A stretch of 59,084 nt of DNA from an uncultured Chitinophaga sp. (GTDB lineage: Bacteria > Bacteroidota > Bacteroidia > Chitinophagales > Chitinophagaceae). Positions 48,631-57,031 of this stretch are shown here, piece by piece; within the stretch, counting starts at the first letter, position 1; every line of letters begins with the position of its first letter. Location: the NCBI GenBank assembly GCA_964592935.1, contig CAZQGZ010000001.1:1-59084 (forward strand), given 5' to 3'. The position numbers were made by a program, and so were the translations under genes. The notes under the pieces are model-generated. The model saw nothing but the letters and a program-made list of their open reading frames with translations. It was not told where the DNA came from and did not search any database.

Positions 48631-48662
48631 AAAAAAGCCCCGGCAATGATCGCCGGGGCTTT
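48631..48662 (-). terminator. intrinsic terminator after the DUF4783 gene
   Basis: AAAGCCCCGGC-loop-GCCGGGGCTTT; U-tract on the minus strand. Confidence 0.8.
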
Positions 48663-48681
48663 GAAATTATTGGATCAAAGT

Positions 48682-49074
48682 TTATTCAATAGATTGAAAA
48701 CGTATTTCCCTGATCAGTTCTTTCCCGTTCTTCATTTTCATAAATACATTGGTCCGGAAATTACCATTACTGGTCTGCAGGGTGCCGATGCAGAAATGCC
48801 CGCCCGGTGAATCGCCCTTGTGTTTCAGGTCAAAGCCGGTGACGCTGTTGGTGTTAAAAAAATCTTTTACAATGAGCTGGGCCTGGGCCTTGCTGTAATT
48901 ATCACTTTTATCCGGCAGCGTCAGTTCCACATTATCATCAAAATATTTTGACAACTCTGTTGAATTCCCGGAACGCAATGCCCCGATCACTTCATCGATA
49001 CCGCTTCGTTGCAGGGTAAATGAAGAAAGTAACATCACCGATGCGGCCAGTAAAAAAGTAAATCTTGTTTTCAT
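48682..49074 (-). CDS. DUF4783 domain protein
   Basis: GNS.ELSKYF...VEL......YSKAQA...KDFF. Confidence 0.88.
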   Translation of the reverse strand: MKTRFTFLLAASVMLLSSFTLQRSGIDEVIGALRSGNSTELSKYFDDNVELTLPDKSDNYSKAQAQLIVKDFFNTNSVTGFDLKHKGDSPGGHFCIGTLQTSNGNFRTNVFMKMKNGKELIREIRFQSIE

Positions 49075-49270
49075 ATATGTTCAGTTTTCACAGGTATCCT
49101 AATCTAAAAACATGCCATTCTGTAAATCACCTGTAAAGAAAGCTAAAATACTAAAAACCAGCAGTTTTTCAACAGGAGATATGACAAATAGGCGAATTGG
49201 ATGTAGTTTTACACGTCCTTATTACCCCGAATGAATTGTATTTTAACTATCTTCTAAGCTTCTGAAAAAT

Positions 49271-50803
49271 ATGGTACAAAAAAGAGTTATTCTGATCATC
49301 ATGGACGGATGGGGCCTGGGCCGGGTTGCATCGGCCGATGCCATACAGCATGCCGAGGTTCCTTTTATAAAATCCTTATATAAAAAATATCCAAACACCA
49401 CGCTGATCACCTGCGGGGAAGCCGTGGGCCTGCCGGATGGACAAATGGGTAATTCCGAAGTGGGGCACCTGAACCTGGGCGCCGGAAGAGTTGTGTACCA
49501 GGAATTGCAGCGAATAAATGTCGCCGTTCGGGATGGTTCCTTTGCCAGGAATGAATCTTTACTCGCATCTATACGGTTTGCCAAAAACAACAACAAGCCC
49601 TTGCACCTGCTGGGACTGGTGAGTAATGGCGGGGTTCATTCTCACATCAATCACCTGAAAGCGATCATTGATGTTTGTAAAGCGGAAGGATTGAGTAATG
49701 TATTTATTCATGCGTTTACTGATGGCCGTGATTGCGATCCGAAAAGCGGCCTGGATTTTATAAAAGAATTACAGCAACATTTGAATAGCAGCGTTGGAAA
49801 AATCGCCACGGTCAGCGGCCGCTATTATGCGATGGACCGCGACAAAAGATGGGAACGGGTGAAACTGGCTTACGATGCGATGGTGAATGGAGAAGGCGAA
49901 AAAGCAACCGATGCCATTGCCGCCGTGGAAAATTCATATCATAAAAACGTTACCGATGAATTTATCAGGCCAACGGTGATCCTGGATGAAGGACAACAAC
50001 CCTTGGCAAAGATCAACGACGGTGATGTGGCCATCTGTTTCAATTTCCGCACGGACCGTTGCCGGGAAATTACACAGGTTTTAACCCAGACGGATTTCCC
50101 TGATTTCAATATGAAAAAATTGGCTTTGCATTATACCACGATGACGGAGTATGACCAGACATTTAAAAACGTTCATATCCTATTTGACAATGATAATCTG
50201 AATAACACGCTCGGGGAAATACTGGAAAAAAACGGGTTGAAACAAATCAGGGCCGCAGAAACAGAAAAGTATCCGCATGTAACTTTCTTTTTCAGCGGCG
50301 GAAGGGAAAAAATATTTGAAGGTGAAAAGAGAATCCTTGTTGCTTCCCCGAAAGTTGCCACCTACGATTTAAAACCCGAGATGAGTGCTTATGAACTTAC
50401 AGCAGCTGTACTCGCTGAAATAAAAAATAAAACCGCTGACTTTATCTGCCTGAATTATGCCAATGCAGATATGGTGGGACATACCGGCGTTTGGAATGCT
50501 GCGGTCAAAGCAGTAGAAACAGTTGATCATTGTGTAGAAAAAATGGTAACGGCCTCTTTGGAGAACGGGTTTACGATCTTCCTCACTGCTGACCATGGCA
50601 ATGCTGATTTCATGATCAACGAAGATGGCACGCCGAATACAGCGCATACATTGAACCCGGTTCCGTTTTTTATCATTGATAATACCTGGAACGGAAAAAT
50701 AATTCCCGGCAAACTCGGTGATTTGGCCCCGACCATTCTGTCGATGATGGGCCTGTCAATACCACCTGAAATGACAGGAAATATTTTAATTGATAACCCA
50801 TAA
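49271..50803 (+). CDS. gpmI: 2,3-bisphosphoglycerate-independent phosphoglycerate mutase
   Basis: MDGWG, QMGNSEVGH, GRYYAMDRD, AETEKYPHVT, ADHGN. Confidence 0.98.
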   Translation: MVQKRVILIIMDGWGLGRVASADAIQHAEVPFIKSLYKKYPNTTLITCGEAVGLPDGQMGNSEVGHLNLGAGRVVYQELQRINVAVRDGSFARNESLLASIRFAKNNNKPLHLLGLVSNGGVHSHINHLKAIIDVCKAEGLSNVFIHAFTDGRDCDPKSGLDFIKELQQHLNSSVGKIATVSGRYYAMDRDKRWERVKLAYDAMVNGEGEKATDAIAAVENSYHKNVTDEFIRPTVILDEGQQPLAKINDGDVAICFNFRTDRCREITQVLTQTDFPDFNMKKLALHYTTMTEYDQTFKNVHILFDNDNLNNTLGEILEKNGLKQIRAAETEKYPHVTFFFSGGREKIFEGEKRILVASPKVATYDLKPEMSAYELTAAVLAEIKNKTADFICLNYANADMVGHTGVWNAAVKAVETVDHCVEKMVTASLENGFTIFLTADHGNADFMINEDGTPNTAHTLNPVPFFIIDNTWNGKIIPGKLGDLAPTILSMMGLSIPPEMTGNILIDNP

Positions 50804-50825
50804 CTTCATTACAAAATTTCAACGT

Positions 50826-51311
50826 ATGGTGAAAAAAATTTTACTTTTTTTGCTGGCCGCTTTTGTAGTTATTCAGTTCATACATCCGAAGCCTAATAAA
50901 TCCCGGGGAGAACAACCCAATTATATCGGCAAAACTTTGCCGGTGCCCGATGATGTGAAATCCATTTTAACCAAAGCCTGCAACGATTGCCATAGCAACA
51001 ACACCCGGTATCCCTGGTACTCGAATATTCAGCCGGTTGACTGGTGGATGAACGGGCATATAAAAAAGGGGAAAAAGGGACTGAACCTGGATGAATATAC
51101 CAACCGGAGACTTCGTTACCAGTATCATAAAATGGAAGATATCATTGAACAGGTCAAAGAAGGTGAGATGCCGCTGAATTCTTATACCTGGACCCATCAG
51201 GATGCTAAACTCACAAAAGAGGAGAAAGACAAACTGATCAATTGGGCCCAAACTGTCATGGATACCCTCAAAGCAAGATATCCCGTGGATAGTTTGATAA
51301 GGAAAAAATAG
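50826..51311 (+). CDS. heme-binding (Haem_bd) cytochrome c domain protein
   Basis: ACNDCHSNNT.YPWY, GEMPL.SY. Confidence 0.9.
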   Translation: MVKKILLFLLAAFVVIQFIHPKPNKSRGEQPNYIGKTLPVPDDVKSILTKACNDCHSNNTRYPWYSNIQPVDWWMNGHIKKGKKGLNLDEYTNRRLRYQYHKMEDIIEQVKEGEMPLNSYTWTHQDAKLTKEEKDKLINWAQTVMDTLKARYPVDSLIRKK

Positions 51312-51336
51312 CTACTATATTTGCAACCTGCAAAAC

Positions 51337-51840
51337 ATGCTGAAAACCGCTACCAAACAGGCTTCCGTTTATTTGCTCCTATTGCTGGCAGCCTTACCTC
51401 TTGTTTATATCCTGGTCACCCGGATTCAGCAACAAACGATCCGAAACAGGATGAAAGAACGGCTGGAAGCGCAGGTTTTGCATAAAGTTTCCATACCTGC
51501 TGATAAGATCCACTGGATTAAGCAGGGAAAAGAAATAATGCTCAACGGCCGCATGTTCGACATCAGGTCAGTAAAATTCCAAAGCGGGGAATATGTTATT
51601 TCCGGTTTATACGATGAAGAAGAAACAGTCCTGCTGGCTCAATTACAAAAAGACCAGCAGAATAATACTGATCACAGCAAACAACTCATTCAGATCTTTC
51701 AGCTTTTACAAACGATTTATCATGACCCGCAGGAAGAATTTGTTTTACCTGTAAATGAAACCGGGTCTTTATTTATAACAGTTACAACTCCCCTTTCTTC
51801 TCAATTCATTTCGATCTTCACACCACCCCCGCAGGCCTGA
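51337..51840 (+). CDS. membrane-anchored hypothetical protein ending in TPPP, upstream of a TonB receptor
   Basis: N-terminal TM segment, W..GKEI..NG.MFDI, C-terminus SIFTPPPQA; TATATTTG at 51316-51323. Confidence 0.8.
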   Translation: MLKTATKQASVYLLLLLAALPLVYILVTRIQQQTIRNRMKERLEAQVLHKVSIPADKIHWIKQGKEIMLNGRMFDIRSVKFQSGEYVISGLYDEEETVLLAQLQKDQQNNTDHSKQLIQIFQLLQTIYHDPQEEFVLPVNETGSLFITVTTPLSSQFISIFTPPPQA

Positions 51841-51893
51841 TTGCAGATCATCTAAGAGTGTTTAATTATTTCTGTAATCAAAAAATTATTGTC

Positions 51894-54119
51894 ATGAGGA
51901 AGTTTGTTTTACTTTCAGGATTACTCTATATTTCAATAAGCCTGTTTGCACAGGCAGACAGTCTCCCGGAAAAAAACCTGGATGAAGCCATTGTGTATTC
52001 CAACAAATTTGTGGAGAAGAAGAAAAATCTTGCCCAGAAAATCGACATCATCAGTTCAAGAACAATTGCCCGTTTTAACAGTCAGAATACCGGTGACCTG
52101 CTGATCAACACCGGGAATGTATTTGTTCAAAAAAGCCAGCAGGGAGGCAGCAGCCCTGTGATCCGCGGGTTTGAAGCGAGCAGGGTATTGCTTGTTGTAG
52201 ATGGCATAAGAATGAATAATGCCGTTTACCGGGCCGGTCACCTGCAGAATGCGATCACGGTGGATCAGAACATGCTTGAAAGAGTGGAGGTTATTTATGG
52301 CCCGGCCTCAACCATGTACGGAAGCGACGGGCTGGGTGGTGTGCTTCATTTCAGGACCAAATCTCCGGTATTATCAGCCGGCGACAAATTGAAAGTTACC
52401 GGCACTGCGCTGGCCCGGTACAGTTCCGCCAATGAAGAAAAAACCGTTCATGCGGATGTAAGTCTCGGGGGAAAGAAACTGGGATGGCTTCAGTCTTATA
52501 CATACAGTGATTTTGGCGATATGAAAATGGGAGATAATTATAAAAGTAAATATCCCGATTTCGGGAGGAGGTCAAAATATGTGCAACAGATCAATGGGAT
52601 TGATTCTGTGTTAATAAATGATGATGACAGGATACAACGATTCTCGGGATACAAACAATGGGATATAACACAGAAACTTTTGTTCAAACAAAATGATAAG
52701 ATATCACATAGTTTGAATTTCCAGTACTCTAATTCAGGTGATGTACCCCGGTACGACCGGTTACAGGACACCAAAAATTTCGGGGGCAGCATCGGTACCA
52801 CGTTGCGGTTTGCCGAGTGGTTTTATGGACCGCAAACAAGATTACTCGCTGCCTATGAGTTAAATACTGGCCATGCCGGATTTTTCAACGAACTTAAAAT
52901 AAATGTTAACCACCAGGACATAAAAGAAAGCAGGCAAACAAGAGAATATCGCCGTTATGACCGTTTTGACAGCCGGAGGGAGCATGTACAGGTAACCGGT
53001 TTTATTATTGACGGCAGGAAAAAATGGAATAATCATGAAATAAATATTGGAATCGACGGGCAATTGAATGATGTAAAATCAGTAGCCGACCGTACCAATC
53101 TGACAACAGGGGCCAAAACCAAATTAGATACCCGTTACCCGGACGGAAAAAACAAAATGAATTACTTCGGTTTGTATGCTCAGCATCTTTTAAAAATGAA
53201 AAACGGTTCCCTGGTGTTGAATGATGGCATCCGCCTTCAGGCCGTTAGTCTTCATTCAACCATTGTTGATAACTCATTTTTCAACTTGCCTGTTACGGAT
53301 ATCAAACAAACTCCTTTTGCTGTAACCGGTAATCTCGGCCTCGTTTATATGCCTGTTGTCAATACCAGGCTGACCGTTAATTTTTCATCCGGGTTCCGGG
53401 CCCCGAATGTAGATGATGCCGTAAAAGTATTTGAATCAAGTACTGCCAGTAAAAGGGTACTGGTCCCGAATGCTGATATCAATCCGGAATACACGTATAA
53501 TTTTGACCTGGGTATTACTCAAACCATACCGGATAAATTAAGGTTTGAACTGACCGGGTTCTATACGTTTTTCAGCAATGCAATCGCAGCATCTGCTTTT
53601 AAATTGAACGGGCAGGATTCAATTATTTATAATGGCGTTAAATGTGCCGTGTTCGCCAGCCAGAATGTAAATAAAGCTTTTGTTTATGGCATCAACACAA
53701 GATTGAGGATCGACCTGGGTAAAAAAGTTTCATGGGATAATACCATCAGTTACACACACGGCAGGTATAAAAATCCGGATGGAACAAAAAAACCACTGGA
53801 CCATGTGCCACCTGTTTTCGGGAAAACCAGTCTTCAATACAGCTATAAAAAATTCAGTACAGAATTCTATGGCCTTTTTAATGGCTGGAAAAAGATCAAA
53901 GATTATAATCAGGATGGAGAAGATAACGGTCAATATGCTACTGCAGACGGAATGCCTTCCTGGTTTACATTAAACTGGAGAGGAAGTTATGCCTTTACTA
54001 AGCTCCTTACGCTCCAGGCCGGTATCGAGAATATCGGGGATCGGAATTACCGGTATTTTGCATCGGGCTTTTCTGCGCCCGGTCGGAATTTCATAATCGC
54101 CCTGAGGGCCGGTTTCTAG
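51894..54119 (+). CDS. TonB-dependent receptor (heme/hemoglobin-receptor-like family)
   Basis: Plug QQGGSSPVIRG...VEVIYGP.S..YGS; GFRAPN; C-terminus APGRNF...GF. Confidence 0.93.
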   Translation: MRKFVLLSGLLYISISLFAQADSLPEKNLDEAIVYSNKFVEKKKNLAQKIDIISSRTIARFNSQNTGDLLINTGNVFVQKSQQGGSSPVIRGFEASRVLLVVDGIRMNNAVYRAGHLQNAITVDQNMLERVEVIYGPASTMYGSDGLGGVLHFRTKSPVLSAGDKLKVTGTALARYSSANEEKTVHADVSLGGKKLGWLQSYTYSDFGDMKMGDNYKSKYPDFGRRSKYVQQINGIDSVLINDDDRIQRFSGYKQWDITQKLLFKQNDKISHSLNFQYSNSGDVPRYDRLQDTKNFGGSIGTTLRFAEWFYGPQTRLLAAYELNTGHAGFFNELKINVNHQDIKESRQTREYRRYDRFDSRREHVQVTGFIIDGRKKWNNHEINIGIDGQLNDVKSVADRTNLTTGAKTKLDTRYPDGKNKMNYFGLYAQHLLKMKNGSLVLNDGIRLQAVSLHSTIVDNSFFNLPVTDIKQTPFAVTGNLGLVYMPVVNTRLTVNFSSGFRAPNVDDAVKVFESSTASKRVLVPNADINPEYTYNFDLGITQTIPDKLRFELTGFYTFFSNAIAASAFKLNGQDSIIYNGVKCAVFASQNVNKAFVYGINTRLRIDLGKKVSWDNTISYTHGRYKNPDGTKKPLDHVPPVFGKTSLQYSYKKFSTEFYGLFNGWKKIKDYNQDGEDNGQYATADGMPSWFTLNWRGSYAFTKLLTLQAGIENIGDRNYRYFASGFSAPGRNFIIALRAGF

Positions 54120-54141
54120 ATTTTCCTGTTCAATCTGCTCA

Positions 54142-54180
54142 AATAGGGTGAAGGCTTTGACTTTCACCCTATTATTTTTT
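54142..54180 (+). terminator. intrinsic terminator after the TonB receptor
   Basis: AATAGGGTGAAGG..CTTTCACCCTATT followed by a T-tract. Confidence 0.75.
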
Positions 54181-54259
54181 CATCCCGGCCAAAATTTTAC
54201 AATTATATGCAGCATACGTATAGAAAAATTGTCTAAATTACAGGCAACCAAAGGCAGTT

Positions 54260-54868
54260 ATGACGGAGGAAGCCATTTTAAAAGGATGTTTGAATAACGA
54301 TGCCGCCGCCCAGCGGGAATTGTACAACCGTTACAGTCCGAAGATGCTGGCCGTTTGTTATCGTTTTGCGCATAACAGGGAAGATGCCGAGGATATGTTG
54401 CAGGAAGGATTTATTAAGGTCTTTACACAGATTCACACTTTTGAAAACAGGGGCGCATTTGAAGGATGGATCCGCAGGATCGTCGTTCATACCTGCATCA
54501 ATATCCTGAAGAAGAATAAAAAGTTCAATGAAAGTGTGGACATTATTCATGCAACCGGGGTACTGGTAAGGGAAGAAAGCGTACCGGCCATTATCCAAGC
54601 CAAACAGGTTGTAGAATGTATAAGGCTCTTGCCGTTGGGATACCGAACCGTGTTGAACCTGTATGCTGTTGAAGGCTACAGCCACCGGGAAATATCCAAT
54701 ATGCTGGATATTGAAGAAAGTACCAGCAGGAGCCAGTATACCAGGGCTAAATCCATGCTGGAAGATATTTTGATCCGTAAACGAATATTACAAAAGCCCC
54801 GCCTCACCGGAACAGACGGGGAGGTAAAACAACAAAAAGACTGGTTGGCAGCATTCAGCCGGAGATAA
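54260..54868 (+). CDS. ECF sigma-70 factor
   Basis: DAEDMLQEGFIK, FEGWIRRI, LPLGYR.V.NLY..EGYSH.EI. Confidence 0.96.
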   Translation: MTEEAILKGCLNNDAAAQRELYNRYSPKMLAVCYRFAHNREDAEDMLQEGFIKVFTQIHTFENRGAFEGWIRRIVVHTCINILKKNKKFNESVDIIHATGVLVREESVPAIIQAKQVVECIRLLPLGYRTVLNLYAVEGYSHREISNMLDIEESTSRSQYTRAKSMLEDILIRKRILQKPRLTGTDGEVKQQKDWLAAFSRR

Positions 54869-54877
54869 TTAATCGTA

Positions 54878-54897
54878 CCTGTCTGCCGGCAGGCAGG
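54878..54897. repeat. 20-bp palindromic repeat CCTGTCTGCCGGCAGGCAGG
   Basis: Near-perfect palindrome; related copy at 2472-2491. Confidence 0.75.
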
Positions 54898-54916
54898 CCC
54901 AATTTGGTGACTGATT

Positions 54917-56359
54917 ATGGAAAATAATTTTGACAACAGGGATTTTGAACAGTTTGTAAAGCAAAATGCAGATCAGTACCGGATGTTCCCGTCTGAAAAA
55001 GTATGGAAGAACATTCATCATGCATTGCATATACGCAGACGCTGGTATGGCCTGGGTCTTGCTGTCCTCCTAATTACTGCCGGTCTTGTAACCTGGGTAA
55101 TGCTTTCTCCGCCTTCCGGGAATAAAGAAGCTTTATCTTATAAACCGGCTCCGGTTTCACAGCCCTCGTCCAACGAACAAAAAAACCTGGACAACCCCGT
55201 TCTTATCACTGTCTCAAATCCGGCAGACAATAAGACTGGTTTTATTTCTTCAAACGAAACCCTTCAAAAAAATGTATTTAATTCCGGTCCTGAAAATTTA
55301 GTAAAGGACAATAGCAATGACCAGGTAAATACTGACACACAGCAACCGAAGGTTGAGATTAATAAGATAACTGACTTATCAAATCCACCCGTACAGGTTG
55401 AAACACCGGCCAATCATCCTGCCCTGATCAGCAAACAGATGCTAACTGAAAAAACGGAGGTCAATACGATTATTAATCCGGCACAAAATAATAGCCCTCT
55501 AATAATATCTGATAACAAACAGTCCGACTTGGCCATAACCGATAAAATTCCGGTTGCAGAAAAAGGTGATATTTACCCGCTGAGCATTGAAAGCGTTGTG
55601 AATTCCTATAAACACCAGCGCAAAGGCAGGAACATGTCGTGGGAAGCATATTTAACCCCCACTATCAGTTACCGTAAATTGACGGAGAACAAAGCATTTG
55701 TCAATTCCGCCCAGTCAAATAACAATATTTACAATTATTATAATTCCGTATCCAATATTAACAATCTTGTCAGGCACAAACCTGATATGGGAATTCAACT
55801 GGGATTAAATGCCGGCTACCCGATTACAAGAAACATGAAAATCATTGCCGGTTTGCAGTTCAATGTAAGCAAGTATGATATCAGCGTCACGTATTCATCA
55901 GGCGATGTGGCTACCATTGCACTCAATACCGGAGGTGGCGTCAACTCTGTTTCCACGATTTCCAATTACCGCAATAATTCCAACGGCAGTAAAGCAGATT
56001 GGCTGCGGAACTATTATTTTTCAGCCTCGGTTCCGGTTGGTTTTGAATTGAAATTATCCGGAAACAATAAGACACAGGTTGGCGTTATCGGCACGGTGCA
56101 GCCAAGTTATATTTTAAGCGACAGGGCTTACCTGCTTTCAACGGATTATAAGAACTATGCAGAGGTCCCTTCATTGACCCGTAAATGGAATATGAGTACA
56201 AGTTTTGAGGTCTTTGCCGGAATTTCCACCGGTAAGATCGACTGGAGGATCGGCCCGCAGGTGCGATACCAGTTAAAATCAAGTTATGTTGCAAAATATC
56301 CCTTCAAGGAACATCTTTTTGATTTTGGTCTGAAAATGGGCATTATGCTCAAAAAATAA
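54917..56359 (+). CDS. putative anti-sigma factor with TM segment, low-complexity linker and C-terminal outer-membrane beta-barrel
   Basis: PSEKVWKNI, one TM segment, N/P/S/T-rich linker, amphipathic beta strands; follows the ECF sigma gene. Confidence 0.75.
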   Translation: MENNFDNRDFEQFVKQNADQYRMFPSEKVWKNIHHALHIRRRWYGLGLAVLLITAGLVTWVMLSPPSGNKEALSYKPAPVSQPSSNEQKNLDNPVLITVSNPADNKTGFISSNETLQKNVFNSGPENLVKDNSNDQVNTDTQQPKVEINKITDLSNPPVQVETPANHPALISKQMLTEKTEVNTIINPAQNNSPLIISDNKQSDLAITDKIPVAEKGDIYPLSIESVVNSYKHQRKGRNMSWEAYLTPTISYRKLTENKAFVNSAQSNNNIYNYYNSVSNINNLVRHKPDMGIQLGLNAGYPITRNMKIIAGLQFNVSKYDISVTYSSGDVATIALNTGGGVNSVSTISNYRNNSNGSKADWLRNYYFSASVPVGFELKLSGNNKTQVGVIGTVQPSYILSDRAYLLSTDYKNYAEVPSLTRKWNMSTSFEVFAGISTGKIDWRIGPQVRYQLKSSYVAKYPFKEHLFDFGLKMGIMLKK

Positions 56360-56385
56360 GATCAACACTAACTGCCGCACACTTA

Positions 56386-56422
56386 AAATATCCTGTCTTA
56401 CTGAAGACAGGATATTTATTTT
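56386..56422 (+). terminator. intrinsic terminator
   Basis: AAATATCCTGTCTT-ACTG-AAGACAGGATATTT plus T-rich tail. Confidence 0.75.
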
Positions 56423-56449
56423 AAAGTATGGTTTCAGTTAATTTTGGGT

Positions 56450-57031
56450 ATGAAAAATTATGTTGTTGTTTTCTTTTTTCTCCTGGTGACCATACCCGCC
56501 TGCCGGACAAAAAAGAAAGAACCTGAGAAAAATTTTGTCTCTGTGCTGTCGCTTATAAAAAAACAGGTGGCCCATGTAGATACGTCATTATACTCCATTA
56601 TAAAAACAGTAACGATCGACAGTCTCCCGCCTGATACGTTCTATATCCCCCGCGAAGAGTTCCGTGACGCAGCAAAGGATTTTCTTTCCATACCGGATCT
56701 GTCCGATAAAAAAGTAGCGAAAAGATTTAAGGAAGAAACGATATATGATAAAACGATCAACCGGGTTGTCATAACCTACTCTCCCGAGGACCCGGCCAAT
56801 GAAGAAATTCAAAAGCAGGAATTACTGGTCACTCCCGATATCGCTGCCGGGGATAAAGTGAATAATATCATCATTAATCTTATGATCAGTAACCGGGACA
56901 GTTCGTTGCAAAAAAACATGTTATGGCGAATGGACAAAAGTTTCCAGGTTGTTTCTATCCTGCAAAAACCGGGGAAACCGGATATTACGACCACCGTTAA
57001 AGTAACCTGGAATGAAGAGGATGTACAATGA
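56450..57031 (+). CDS. hypothetical lipoprotein
   Basis: Lipobox IPAC; ATGA overlap with uvrC. Confidence 0.8.
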   Translation: MKNYVVVFFFLLVTIPACRTKKKEPEKNFVSVLSLIKKQVAHVDTSLYSIIKTVTIDSLPPDTFYIPREEFRDAAKDFLSIPDLSDKKVAKRFKEETIYDKTINRVVITYSPEDPANEEIQKQELLVTPDIAAGDKVNNIIINLMISNRDSSLQKNMLWRMDKSFQVVSILQKPGKPDITTTVKVTWNEEDVQ

